Below, in pieces: positions 1 through 9,956 of a DNA stretch of 64,000 nucleotides; position 1 is the first letter of the stretch, and each line of letters opens with the position of its first letter. Under the pieces are notes generated by a model. That model saw nothing but the letters and a program-made list of their open reading frames with translations. It had not been told where the DNA came from and did not search any database. The stretch covers positions 896,001-960,000 of the forward strand of contig CBDAOY010000006.1 of NCBI GenBank assembly GCA_965198225.1. The letters run 5' to 3'. The position numbers and the translations under genes were made by a program. Source of the stretch: Terriglobia bacterium. GTDB taxonomy: Bacteria > Acidobacteriota > Terriglobia > 20CM-2-55-15.

Positions 1-126
1 CACATTGCCGCGGAGATGTGGATGTAGCGCCAGCCGATCCCGGCGCTTTTTTTGTGGTCCTCCCGACTTGACCTTGCGCGTCTTCTCCGACCCGAGGGTC
101 AGCGCCACAGGTCTGTTTCCCTTTAG

Positions 127-600
127 ATTACATACAAGAATTTCCAGTACATCATCGACGGCGATTCAGGCGGAGGTCGTGAGCCTTGTTCGAATCATGA
201 CACCTCCCAGGTCAATGTCCAGACTCGAGTCGCTCAAAGTCTCCTGAACCTCGAGTTGATGACCGACGATTATGGTCTGGACGTCCTTCATATTGCACAT
301 CACGGCAGTGAGAGCAGCACACCCGCTTCTTACTTCAATCTCGTCAAGCCGGAGGTTGGACTTATCCGTGGGTGTGACGCAGGGAATGTTTCGACATCCT
401 CGGGAAGATGTCGTGGACAAAATACTTCTGGATGGACCTCTTAGACCTACAACAGAATGTGGTTTGATCGATCCACTCGTCGAGCTTCTTCAGACTGAGG
501 ACGGCAAAGAAGGGACATCGAGCACCGGAAAAACGAGTTTCAGCGGAAAGACCGTCGGAAACATCAAGCTCGTAACAGATGGCGAGACTAACGTCGAGAA
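127..600 (+). pseudogene. ComEC/Rec2-like metallo-beta-lactamase-fold hydrolase, truncated and frameshifted fragment
   Basis: Frame from 127 reads ITYKNFQYIIDGDSGGG...DVLHIAHHGSESST...KPEVGLI, then shifts near 366 into SVGVTQGMFRHPREDVV. HHGS and ISVG...HP motifs are typical of this family. In-frame stop at 124-126, no start codon. Confidence 0.5.
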
Positions 601-749
601 AGCCGCTGATGATCACGCCAGCCGCTGCCGCCGGACACGTCCTCAACTGTCTCGAACAGCGCCCGATGCAACTCAGCGCCCCCAAGATCGCCGGAGTGTT
701 CGTGCGGGGCGTGCGCTGGGTGCAGTCGCTTCGAGTCTGGACCTCGTAA
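600..749 (+). pseudogene. Probable C-terminal fragment of a short-chain dehydrogenase (SDR)
   Basis: KPLMITPAAAAGHVLNCLEQRPMQLSAPKIAGVFVRGVRWVQSLRVWTS* resembles SDR C-termini. It joins the preceding fragment abruptly. Confidence 0.3.
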
Positions 750-786
750 ACCAGGCGCGTGATAGGCGCTGATGGCGGTCGCAGGC

Positions 787-933
787 CTACCTACTCGGCA
801 CAAGCCGAAATCGGAAGAATCGAAGCCCGCAATCCCGACAACGCCAAGGCAGCACAATCAGGGACATCAGCTTCTCACGGAAACTTCGATGGGAGCGCCG
901 AACAGACACAGAGCCACATCCTGGGCATTTCAT
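787..933 (-). CDS. Small zinc-ribbon protein (48 aa)
   Basis: MKCPGCGS...VRRSHR...PWRCRDCGLRF has two CxxC motifs; ATG at 933. Confidence 0.55.
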   Translation of the reverse strand: MKCPGCGSVSVRRSHRSFREKLMSLIVLPWRCRDCGLRFFRFRLVPSR

Positions 934-1294
934 AAGCACGTAATCTTTACGGCCATGCCATCGTGTCATGGGGACACGAAAATGCAAACGGGATTGCCGT
1001 GTTCAAGTCGGGGGCGGATCTAGCGAGTGAAGCGCCGGGGAGCACGGGCGAAGAAAGGGGTTACGGACGGTTGAGGCGGCCTCTTCTCGAACGGGAAATC
1101 TGATGTGCCGACCCTCCTCGGCAAGCACACGGTCGGAATCGGATTGCGCAATGTCACTCAATAAGGGGATATCATCGGGTGTACCGACTCTCCCAAGTCC
1201 TGGCACGGCCGCCCATCTTGTTCCCGTATAACTGTCCGCTGTCGCTGAGACAAGGGCCTGCTTGATGAAGATCCCTGAAAGGAAGGGGTGAAGT

Positions 1295-1972
1295 ATGGCG
1301 TCCCCGCTAATCGATCCCAAGCTCGAGGTGGTGCTCGATCGTCTGCACACGCAGAGCGACGTGCAAGTGGAAGCGATCGACGCACACCTCGCGCAACGGG
1401 CGAAGGAAGGCACCCTCGACCAGGAGCGCCCCTTCGATGACGAATTGCATCGCTTCTTATCAGACAAGATGGTGGCGCTTGACCGGGAGAAGGCTCAGTT
1501 CTGCTACCTGCTGTGCCGGTCCTTGCGAGCGACCCGCATCGTGGAGGCGGGCACTTCGTTCGGCGTCTCTACCCTCTATCTTGCCGCCGCGGTGCGCGAC
1601 AACCAAGTCGAGAACGGCGTGGTCATTGGAACGGAATACGAGCCGAAGAAGGCCGAAGCCGCGCGTGCGAACTTTGAGGAGGCGGGGCTCAGCGAGTTCA
1701 TCGAACTGCGCGAGGGCGACCTTCGTGAGACGCTCCAAGACGTTGGCGGTCCCGTGGACTTCATGCTGATTGATATCTGGGAAGTAGCACTGCCCGCTCT
1801 TCGGCTCGTGTCACAGAGCCTGCGTCCAGGGGCCATCGTTGCGACTGACAATACCGTGGCATACGCCGACAGTTACCGCGACTACTTCGAGTACGTGAAC
1901 GACCCGAAGAACCACTTCCGCACGCTGGCCGTCCCGTTCGACGGCGGTTTCGAGCTAACAGTGCGCACCTGA
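1295..1972 (+). CDS. Class I SAM-dependent O-methyltransferase
   Basis: IVEAGTSFGVST SAM-binding motif, GDLRETL, DFMLIDIW, LRPGAIVATDN; purine-rich RBS upstream. Confidence 0.9.
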   Translation: MASPLIDPKLEVVLDRLHTQSDVQVEAIDAHLAQRAKEGTLDQERPFDDELHRFLSDKMVALDREKAQFCYLLCRSLRATRIVEAGTSFGVSTLYLAAAVRDNQVENGVVIGTEYEPKKAEAARANFEEAGLSEFIELREGDLRETLQDVGGPVDFMLIDIWEVALPALRLVSQSLRPGAIVATDNTVAYADSYRDYFEYVNDPKNHFRTLAVPFDGGFELTVRT

Positions 1973-2165
1973 CTGGCATCTCCGTCGCGCTCAACTGCCG
2001 GCAGGTGATGAGCGGCGTTACTGCCCCCCCACCAGCGTCTTCTCCATGTACTCCCCACGGCACTTCGGACACTTCGCCGGCTCCGACAGCAAGCAGCTCA
2101 GGACAGGTGGCGTGAGTCTTCCAATCTGCCGTTTCCTCAATAGCCATTGCTGTCAATCGGCACGA

Positions 2166-2918
2166 CTATCTCGGAGACGATCTTCGGAACGCAATAGCTA
2201 TAACCGCTGCGATCTCCTCCTCGAGCGGTGTTGTCGGCGCGGCATTTGTTTGTAGCGATGGCCCGACAAAGTCTTCTGGTCGTTCCACGCTCGATTCGCC
2301 CAGCGCGTACAGATAGTTCTCTAGTACCGAGCGGGCTTCTCGAACGAACGCGGAAGTGGCGTCAAGCTGACCGGTTCCTACAAGTTGTTCGATACCTTGG
2401 TAGAAGTCGCGAACTAACCACATCGGATGTGTGTCCGCAGGGTACTTGGGCGCCAGCGTCACCACTACCTGACTATTAAAGGAAAAGTCCAGGACAGGTA
2501 CGAGTTGTTCCCGAATGATATCCGGAGCCACGTCGAAGCCGACGTTTGCCATTTCCCCACCGCGAAAGTAGGCGTTGGTAAAGCCGGGCAACTTGTCGGT
2601 GATAATCCTGTATCCGCTCAACGTCTCCCCAGGATGAATGGCAGACACATACCGATCGACGACGCTGCGGGGATCGTTCTTGTACCAACTGAGCAAGCCG
2701 CCGGTTTCCTGGTTGGACAACGTATCCCGAACAATGGAAATTCCAGACCGACTCCGTCCACTGCCCCAGAAATTCGGGGTTTCCGTGCGGTCGCTGTCGG
2801 AAATTTCAGGTAGGACCAGATTCCAAACCATTACTGGCAACTTCGCACTCGGACCGTTCCGGACTGTGTACTCGTACTCTAACGTTCCTTCCTCCTGCTC
2901 ACGTAGCGCGACACGCAT
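2166..2918 (-). CDS. Hypothetical protein, possibly 5'-truncated
   Basis: 250-aa ORF with globular composition (YEYTVRNG..., IHPGETLSGYRIITDKLPG); no recognisable family. Confidence 0.55.
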   Translation of the reverse strand: MRVALREQEEGTLEYEYTVRNGPSAKLPVMVWNLVLPEISDSDRTETPNFWGSGRSRSGISIVRDTLSNQETGGLLSWYKNDPRSVVDRYVSAIHPGETLSGYRIITDKLPGFTNAYFRGGEMANVGFDVAPDIIREQLVPVLDFSFNSQVVVTLAPKYPADTHPMWLVRDFYQGIEQLVGTGQLDATSAFVREARSVLENYLYALGESSVERPEDFVGPSLQTNAAPTTPLEEEIAAVIAIAFRRSSPR

Positions 2919-3074
2919 CGTGGGCTGTACGTTTCGCTGCAGAAGAACCCGTATGATCTTTAGGCGTCCCGGATTCTTTGAGAAGCCGGGTGTGCCGAGG
3001 TTTTCCGATGGGCTCGACCGCGATCATGAAGGAGACGGTCTAGGGAACCGACAGCCGCCCCCTACAAATGCAAA

Positions 3075-3112
3075 TTAGGCCCTATTTCTCGGATATGAAA
3101 AATAGGGCCTAA
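3075..3112 (-). terminator. 13-bp perfect inverted repeat downstream of tRNA-Ala
   Basis: TTAGGCCCTATTT (3075-3087) / AAATAGGGCCTAA (3100-3112); the U-tract is weak. Confidence 0.4.
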
Positions 3113-3132
3113 CTCATCTGTCGTCTATCAAG

Positions 3133-3205
3133 TGGACCTGACGGGGATCGAACCCGTGACCTCATGACTGCCAGTCATGCGCGCTCCCAGCTGCGCCACA
3201 GGCCC
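3133..3205 (-). tRNA. tRNA-Ala(GGC)
   Basis: Reverse complement GGGCCTGTGGCGCAGCTGGGAGCGCGCATGACTGGCAGTCATGAGGTCACGGGTTCGATCCCCGTCAGGTCCA folds as a cloverleaf with anticodon GGC, G3:U70 alanine identity pair and GTTCGA T-loop; CCA not encoded. Confidence 0.96.
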
Positions 3206-3221
3206 ACAACCTCTGAGTTTC

Positions 3222-3250
3222 ATCCTAACGAAAAGGGTAAGGCGGGTCAA
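3222..3250 (-). promoter_or_regulatory. Sigma70-like promoter of tRNA-Ala
   Basis: TTGACC-17 bp-TAGGAT on the minus strand, ending 16 nt upstream of the tRNA. Confidence 0.5.
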
Positions 3251-3279
3251 TTTTCGATCACCGCCTTCTGGTTAGGACT

Positions 3280-3374
3280 TCATTCGATCCGGACCCGCCC
3301 GCTCCGGCTGACAACGACCCGCTTTCGGGCGCCTCGCTCATTCCAGACGAAGATGCTGGCCATCGGGGATACGT
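3280..3374 (-). pseudogene. C-terminal fragment of a GspH/FimT-like pseudopilin, cut by IS21
   Basis: VSPMASIFVWNERGARKRVVVSRSGRVRIE* resembles the GspH/FimT C-terminal signature; it begins exactly at the IS21 left end. Confidence 0.45.
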
Positions 3375-3486
3375 CCTCGGCGGTCACCCAAAACCGGCCA
3401 ATGGTGGTCACCTGAAAACCGGCCAACGAACATAGATAAGCCCGGGACATTGACACCGACGGGAAGCCGAAACAGGCTCCGTCGGC

Positions 3487-5127
3487 ATGAGCAATGTCTT
3501 GAGCACAGAAAAGAGAGAGCAAGTTGTTGCATTGGGGCGGCTTGGATGGCCGCTGCGTCGGATCGAACAGACCACCGGCGTGCGTCGTGAGACGGCCAGT
3601 GCGTATCTGAGAGCGGCCGGAATCCCCATTCGGCCGCCCGGGAGTTGGGGCCGGCGACCGGCAAAACCGGCCAACGAGGTGACCACCGACCCGGACGGCG
3701 TAAATGGTGTCGTTGAGGGGTTTGGCGGTTCCGATACTTCAAAACCGGCCAACGAAGTGACCACCGACCCGGAGGCCGAGAATCCGGTCTCGGCAGAGTC
3801 GTCGGCTCCCCCTCCAAGCCCACCGTCGGGCAGTTCCTGCGAGCCGTACCGGGAGACCATCCAACAGGCGCTGGAGCGTGGCCGCAACGCGATGGCGATC
3901 TGGCAGGACCTGGTCACGGATCACGGTTTTGTCGGCAGCTACGAATCGGTCAAGCGTTTCGTTCGCAAACTCCGGGGAGTGCGATCCCCGGAAGCGGTCG
4001 GAATCATCCAGACCGGAGCTGGAGAGGAAGCGCAGGTCGACTACGGGACCGGACCGATGGTCCGGGATCCGAAGACGGGCAAGTACCGACGGACGCGGCT
4101 GTTCGTGATGACGTTGGGCTACAGCCGCAAATCGGTCCGGCTGCTGACGTTCAAGTCCAGTTCCCGCATCTGGGCCCAGTTGCACGAGACCGCGTTCCGC
4201 CGACTCGGCGGCACTCCCCGCCTCATCGTGCTGGATAACCTGCGCGAAGGCGTGATCGTCCCGGACCATTACGACCCCACCCTGAATCCGTTGTTTCGAG
4301 ATGTCCTGACCCATTACGGCGTGGTGGCCATGCCATGCCGGGTGCGCGATCCAGACCGCAAAGGCAAAGTCGAATCCGGTGTCGGGCACGCCCAGAAGAC
4401 CCCATTGAAGGGACAGCGCTTCGAGAGCCTCGACCAGGCCCAGGGGTATCTGGATCGCTGGGAAGTCCGATGGGCCGACACCCGCATCCACGGCACGACC
4501 AAGCGGCAGGTGGCGGCCATGTTCGCCGAAGAGAAACCATCTCTTAAGCCGCTGCCGATCGAACCGTTTCGCTATTACCAATTCGGTGAACGTGTCGTCC
4601 ATCTCGACGGTTGCGTCGAAGTCGAAGCCGCCTATTACAGTGTACCGCCGGGCTGGATCGGACGGGGTGTCAAGGTCCAGTGGGACACGCTTCACGTCCG
4701 GATCCTGGACCCAAACACCTATCCACTCCTCCGCGAGCATGTCCGCCAGAAGCGGGGTGGATACCGTGTCCGTGCTGAAGACAACCCGAAGAAAACCCCG
4801 TTAACGACGGTGCAACTGCTGGCCCGAGCCCGCCGCGCTGGCACCCACATCGGCACACTCTGTGACGCCATTCACCGCCGACAAGGGGAAGCTGCGGTCC
4901 GCCGCATCCTGGGTGTGCTCTCCCTGGCCAAGAAGTACGGTGTCTCCGCCGTGGAGGATGCTTCGGCTGCGGCACTGGAACTCCACGTCTACGAGTATCG
5001 TTTCGTCCGCCGCTATCTGGAGCGGCGACCTCCACTCGCCCTGCGTCAGGTCGATCCTCTCATTCGCGAACTGACTCAGTATCGCGATCTCATCAACCTC
5101 AAAATCCAGGAGCAGGAACACTCATGA
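3487..5127 (+). CDS. istA: IS21-family DDE transposase IstA
   Basis: N-terminal HTH, EAQVDYG, IVLDNLREGV, KGKVESGVG, RIHGTT, LDGCVEV..YYSVP. Confidence 0.95.
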   Translation: MSNVLSTEKREQVVALGRLGWPLRRIEQTTGVRRETASAYLRAAGIPIRPPGSWGRRPAKPANEVTTDPDGVNGVVEGFGGSDTSKPANEVTTDPEAENPVSAESSAPPPSPPSGSSCEPYRETIQQALERGRNAMAIWQDLVTDHGFVGSYESVKRFVRKLRGVRSPEAVGIIQTGAGEEAQVDYGTGPMVRDPKTGKYRRTRLFVMTLGYSRKSVRLLTFKSSSRIWAQLHETAFRRLGGTPRLIVLDNLREGVIVPDHYDPTLNPLFRDVLTHYGVVAMPCRVRDPDRKGKVESGVGHAQKTPLKGQRFESLDQAQGYLDRWEVRWADTRIHGTTKRQVAAMFAEEKPSLKPLPIEPFRYYQFGERVVHLDGCVEVEAAYYSVPPGWIGRGVKVQWDTLHVRILDPNTYPLLREHVRQKRGGYRVRAEDNPKKTPLTTVQLLARARRAGTHIGTLCDAIHRRQGEAAVRRILGVLSLAKKYGVSAVEDASAAALELHVYEYRFVRRYLERRPPLALRQVDPLIRELTQYRDLINLKIQEQEHS

Positions 5128-5879
5128 ATCTGATCGAACTCCAGCGGGCTCTCCGACAACTCCGGCTCGGCGGCATTGCCGAGGTGTTGGAAACACGCCT
5201 CCACCAGGCCCAGACCGAAGCCATGGCGCCGATCGACTTGGTCTCTCGTCTGGTCTCGGATGAACTGGACCGTCGCAGCATCCGGTTGTTGGAACGGCGT
5301 CGGAAACAGGCCCGGTTCCGCGATCCCCAGAAGACGCTCGACTCCTTCGACTTTACTTTCAACAAGAAGATGAATCGTAGTCTGGTCTTCGACCTGGCGA
5401 CGGGCGCCTTCATCTCCAGGCACGACGATGCCTTGTTTCTCGGTCCTCCTGGCACCGGCAAGAGTCATCTGGCTCAGGCCATCGGCTTGGCTGCCATTGA
5501 GCAGGGCTATCGGGTCGTCTACCGTGAAACTCATGCGCTTCTCGACGACATCGCCGAAGCCACCATTGACGGTACCCGAAAGGAGTGCATGGAAGCTTTG
5601 GCGACGGTCCCGCTGCTGATCATCGACGATCTGGGGATGCGGAAGCTTCCTCCCACTGCAGCAGAGGAACTCCTCGAGATCGTGATGCGACGCTATGAAC
5701 GGACCAGTACGTTACTGACATCGAATCGACCCGTCCAAGACTGGGGAAAACTACTGGGTGATAGCGCCGCCGTCACAGCCATGCTGGACCGGCTGCTCCA
5801 TCACGGCCACATCCTCAAATGCGGCCCTCGGAGTTGGAGGACTAAAACGGGCTTGCCGAGTCCAGTCCCAAAGAGGTAG
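5124..5879 (+). CDS. istB: IS21 helper AAA+ ATPase IstB
   Basis: Walker A GPPGTGKS, Walker B LLIIDDLG, LTSN, AMLDRLLHH; ATGA overlap with istA. Confidence 0.95.
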   Translation: MNLIELQRALRQLRLGGIAEVLETRLHQAQTEAMAPIDLVSRLVSDELDRRSIRLLERRRKQARFRDPQKTLDSFDFTFNKKMNRSLVFDLATGAFISRHDDALFLGPPGTGKSHLAQAIGLAAIEQGYRVVYRETHALLDDIAEATIDGTRKECMEALATVPLLIIDDLGMRKLPPTAAEELLEIVMRRYERTSTLLTSNRPVQDWGKLLGDSAAVTAMLDRLLHHGHILKCGPRSWRTKTGLPSPVPKR

Positions 5880-6022
5880 AACAACACCGTCCCGGGCCAT
5901 CCCCGTTGGCCGGTTTTGAAGTGACCATCGTTGGCCGGTTTTGAGGTGACCACTGAGGTTGTTATGGCTGGCTGGAACGATCAAGGCCCCCCACGCTGCA
6001 GCAGGGCCAAGTACTCCGTGAT

Positions 6023-7341
6023 CAGTGGTGTCCGACACGTTTCAGAATAGATTCAATTGGTTAGCGTTAGAGTGTCGATTTGAGATGAGCCCGGATTCGG
6101 TAAGCAGCTGAAAAAGAGGCACATTCTCAAATGGTGTGACACTCAAGATCTGTAACATTGAGTGCAACGACAAAGGCAAATTCAGTTCTTTACGCACGAT
6201 AGCCACCAGCACGTAAACGCTCACGGCGACCCAGACCTGAGTTTTGACGGCGTTCTCGGAAGTGCCGAAGAAACGCTTGATGCGCAGGTGCTGTTTGATC
6301 CATTTGAAGAACAGCTCCACCTGCCAGCGCAGGCGATACAACTCGCAGATGGTCCGGGCTGGGAGCGTCATGTGATTGGTCAAGAAAACCAGTCGCCGAC
6401 CCTCGGGATCGCGATAACGAATGCGACGCAACCGTTCGGGGTAGCCGCGGCGGGAGCGAAATACGGTCAGTTCGATAGTCTGATCGCAGATGAGGCCCGT
6501 GTGTCGGTCGACGGGTTGGGAGTAGATGCGCTTGAACGCGAAGTCGGATCGAGCACGGGTGACGAAGAAGCTCCCGGCTTGATTGAAGGTGTAGAGGCGA
6601 TCGAAGTCGAGATAGCCGCGGTCCATCACGTAGAAAGCACCGGCTTCGGCGATGAGCAGGTCGAGAACGTTGACGTCGTGCAGCCTGCCTTCGGAGATGT
6701 GGATGAAGCTGGGGATACCGCCACGCAGGTCGAGCAGCGTATGAAGCTTCACCGCGGCTTCGGTCTTTCGAAAGTGCGCCCAAGGGAACAGCGACAAGCA
6801 CAGACTGATCATCGTGGAGTCGAGCGCGTAGACGGTTTCGTCCAGGTCGATCCCGAGCGGCTCGTGGGCATACAAGCGGCGTGCGATGCGGATCAGCGCC
6901 TGAGCGAACTCTCCGTAGATGCGCCAGTCGCGAGACTCGTTGGCATCGGCCAATGCACTGCGGCTGACCTTCCCGTGCAACCCCAGGTGGTAGAGCTTGG
7001 CGGGTTGGGCTCGCAAGCAGGCTTGAATGTCGCGCAGGCTCTCCCGATAGGTCAGCTGAGCGAAGGCCATGCATAGGAACTGGTCCAGGCAACTGAATGT
7101 GCGGACGTTGAAATTGCCGCGGTACTTGGTCACCAGACGACGGAACGTATACCACGGCGCGAACTCCATGACTTGTGCGAAGACCAGCTTGCCAGCGTGC
7201 ATCGGTGCCTCCCAGAAACCTCTGGAAAGGCTGCCGCGAAGGCCGCACAGAAATCAAATCGTTAACACCTTGACAAGCGCGCTACATCGCGTCAGTTCTA
7301 ACTTTAGGACCGGGAGGTCCTAAATCTGTCGGACACTACTG
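6023..7341 (-). mobile_element. IS4-family insertion sequence (1319 bp)
   Basis: 15-bp IRs CAGTGGTGTCCGACA / TGTCGGACACTACTG (14/15 match); 9-bp TSD CTCCGTGAT at 6014-6022 and 7342-7350. Confidence 0.95.
6042..7202 (-). CDS. IS4-family transposase (DUF4372 + DDE)
   Basis: ALDSTMI, MDRGYLDF and the YREK-type motif YRLRWQVELFFKWIKQHL. Confidence 0.95.
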   Translation of the reverse strand: MHAGKLVFAQVMEFAPWYTFRRLVTKYRGNFNVRTFSCLDQFLCMAFAQLTYRESLRDIQACLRAQPAKLYHLGLHGKVSRSALADANESRDWRIYGEFAQALIRIARRLYAHEPLGIDLDETVYALDSTMISLCLSLFPWAHFRKTEAAVKLHTLLDLRGGIPSFIHISEGRLHDVNVLDLLIAEAGAFYVMDRGYLDFDRLYTFNQAGSFFVTRARSDFAFKRIYSQPVDRHTGLICDQTIELTVFRSRRGYPERLRRIRYRDPEGRRLVFLTNHMTLPARTICELYRLRWQVELFFKWIKQHLRIKRFFGTSENAVKTQVWVAVSVYVLVAIVRKELNLPLSLHSMLQILSVTPFENVPLFQLLTESGLISNRHSNANQLNLF

Positions 7342-8875
7342 CTCCGTGATACCTCGTCAGGTGAGCGCGCGGCGCCGGGACCAGGGCCGCCAGTTTCGCG
7401 ATGAAGTCCTGGCGCTCGAAAACAACAGCGGTGGTTCCGTCACGCCATGGACGTTTCAAACGGTAGTGGAGCCGGCCATCGGGGAGTAGGGTCAAGCGTT
7501 GGGTAGCGACGGCGGGACGGGCCGCATAGCGCATGAGCCTTTCCAGGCGTATCCTGTCTCGGGCCTCAACCGAGATATTGGCGTGCACACTGAAGCCAGA
7601 AACCATGGCGCAGCGTGGGCCCTCGAAGGCATCCATGCTGTCTGGGTCGATCTGGTCGCCCATGCGTAGGACGCCACGGCCGGCATTGCGGCCGACCGCA
7701 ATCCTGCTCCCGACGGAGCTGGCCAGCAGAGCGGCCATACCGGGATCGTCTTCTGAAAGGGGATCTGCTTGTTGAGGGTCGGCCTCCGTTCCAAGGCCTC
7801 TCCGCTCGAGCAACGATTGAACGCGCTCGTTGACGAGGGCTGTCAGGTGGATGACGTCCTGGTCCTCAGGCGCCGGCAATTGATGAAACCGGGGACGGCC
7901 ATCTTCACCGGCCGCATAAACCCCATCGATCACCATCGAGTGGAAATGCACGTTTGCATTCAGAGCGTCCCCAAAACGCTGCACAAACGTCACGGCACCA
8001 CACTGCGAGGAGCCAAGACCCCGCAGTTGCTCGGCCCGCCGCCGCAGTTCTCCAAACAGAGTGCGTATGAAAACGTTCAGGACATCGCTGGTGAGGCGCC
8101 GATCGTAGGCCATGCGGTAGCGCAGCGCGAAAGGCAGCGACAAGACCCACTGTCGTACCGGCACGACTGGAAAGACGCGATCGACCAGATGCGCCGCCGT
8201 ATCCGACATGCGTCGTCCAGCACACGACGGACACTAGACGCGCGCTTTACAGGAAAACGCCAGCAGCCGATCTTGTCCACAGTCCTGGCACTGAAGCCGC
8301 AGAAAGCCCCGCGCGAGAATGCCGCAATCCAAAAAGGCACGGAATTTTTTTTCAACAAACCGGGGGACCGGCCGGTCGCGCTCCTGTTGTCTGGCGAGGA
8401 AAGTCTCCAGTTGTTCGGCGACGGCCTGATACAGGACTGTCGTTTCCGGATTGCGCGGGCGATACGCGACACCGATAGCCACGAAGGCATCGCATGAAGC
8501 AAGCCCGCGCGTAATTCACGACGTAACATCCTCAGCAACATGCGTGGGCAGCAACTCGATAAAGCCGTTCTCGACGCGACTCCATTGTCGCGATTGTCGC
8601 GTGGTTGCCGACTCTTATCCGCTGGGGCCGCGGGCTTGAGGAAGATGCCATAGTGCAACACCGGCTTCGCAACGAGTATCTGTTACCGTATGGGAATTGC
8701 GTCAGTCCTCGCCAGTGTTACCCCCGACTGGACAATTTACCGATAGCGTCCAATCGGAAGTCCGCATTACCGGGAAGATGCCCCGCCGCGTCGATTCCCC
8801 GCGTGTAACGCCGTTTCGTTGAGCGATAAGAGGCTCGTCCGACCAGGTCTCTTCCCGAGGAGGAAGATGGATGCG

Positions 8876-9110
8876 TTCGGGTTCGAACCGCCGGTACCTC
8901 TCATGGGCATCCTGGCGGTCCCGCCGTTTAACCTGGCGGTGGTACAGCCTGGAGTGTACGGCCCGAGACCTACGGGCTCGTTTGGCGGCAAACTGGACGT
9001 CAAGGATCAAAAAGGCCGGAACGACGTTCTGCCCGCGGGTGTTCCAACCCGGCGAGCTCTTCCAGCCGCTCGATCCACAAGTTCTTCACGGCGACGGCGA
9101 GGCGAGTGAA
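8876..9110 (+). pseudogene. Degenerate acetamidase/formamidase-family fragment
   Basis: MGILAVPP...RPTGSFGGKLDVKD, then a frameshift to KAGTTFCPRVFQPGELF..DPQVLHGDGEAS. This parallels the FGGNMD...LPVYEPGALLFVGDGH..QGHGEV motif of the paralogue at 53142-54148. Confidence 0.55.
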
Positions 9111-9119
9111 GTTTTCTGT

Positions 9120-9832
9120 TTGCTGGACCCAATGTATACTTCGACGCGGTCCGTCAGAAAGCATATGCCATGTGCTGGAAGCGATTGCCGGCCGCAAGAT
9201 CGGCGTGATCCGGGGCCGAGTTCGAAGCGGTGCCGCTGGCCAACCAGACAGTCTTCGCGACCGCTGTCGACGTGCTCGAGCAGGCTGGTTTTGCTCTGGA
9301 GGATGTCACCCTGCCGGAGCGTCCGTACGGCGAAGTCTACACCTGCATCAGCAACACGGAAGGCGGAACCAACTTCAAGCCACTGTACAACTCGGGGCGG
9401 ATGATCCAATTCTACAACCCGTCCCGGCGAGCCGACTGGATGGCGGCCAGCATGATGCCCGCTTCCGATTACCTTACGGCGCAGCGCATTCGGGCCATGA
9501 TCAAGATGGAGGCCGATGAGGTAACGTCGAAATACGCGGCCCTGATCGCGCCGACAAGTGCGACAGGATCAGGACCCATTGAGCGAGGGCCGGACGCGTC
9601 TGCTCGAGGAGCGTCACCGGGCAATGACCGTTCCGTCCGGAAGCTCAACACGATTGGCAATCTGTCAGGGATGCCCGGAATCTCGATCCCGTGTGGTTTT
9701 GATGGCGACGGCATGCCGCTGGCTTTGCACATTGCCGGCCGTGCCTGGGATGAACAGTCGGTACTGGATGTCGCTATGGCGTTTCAGAGAGACACGGACT
9801 GGCACCGAATGCGGCCGGAATTCAGGCCCTGA
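9120..9832 (+). pseudogene. Amidase-signature family protein, 5'-truncated and frameshifted
   Basis: HVLEAIAGRKIGVI..., then NLSGMPGISIPCGFDGDGMPLALHIAGRAWDEQSVL. The catalytic GGSS N-terminal region is missing. Confidence 0.7.
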
Positions 9833-9956
9833 TCGGAACTAAAAGACTTTGCCTCTGTGGATTGGGATGTTTGGACGCCCACGTCTCGCGACTCCCCTCT
9901 CGCGCACGTGTTATCGTGTTCTCTCTTCGCCACAATCACGATGACAGGAGGTACTG

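Larger units (their letters stand above)
3375..5958 (+). mobile_element. IS21-family insertion sequence
   Basis: istA + istB. The ~55-bp terminal IRs each hold two GGTCAC..AAAACCGGCCAA motifs (left CCTCGGCGGTCACC..., right ...GGTGACCACTGAGG). No TSD found. Confidence 0.92.
5959..8482 (-). pseudogene. IS91-like (Y2/HUH) transposase, inactivated
   Basis: Zn-binding N-terminus (CQDC...FSCK..CPSC), RQWVLSLP, HUH motif NVHFH, RYAARP. In-frame TAG at 8234-8236. IS4 interrupts it at LTRYHG; the frame resumes as HGVLGPAAAW at 6022 and IS21 cuts it at 5958. Confidence 0.85.

Noticed and set aside
8234-8236. In-frame TAG as possible recoding (pyrrolysine or readthrough)
   Set aside because: The gene is also broken by IS4 and IS21, and TAG is used as a normal stop elsewhere in the window; a simple nonsense mutation is more likely.
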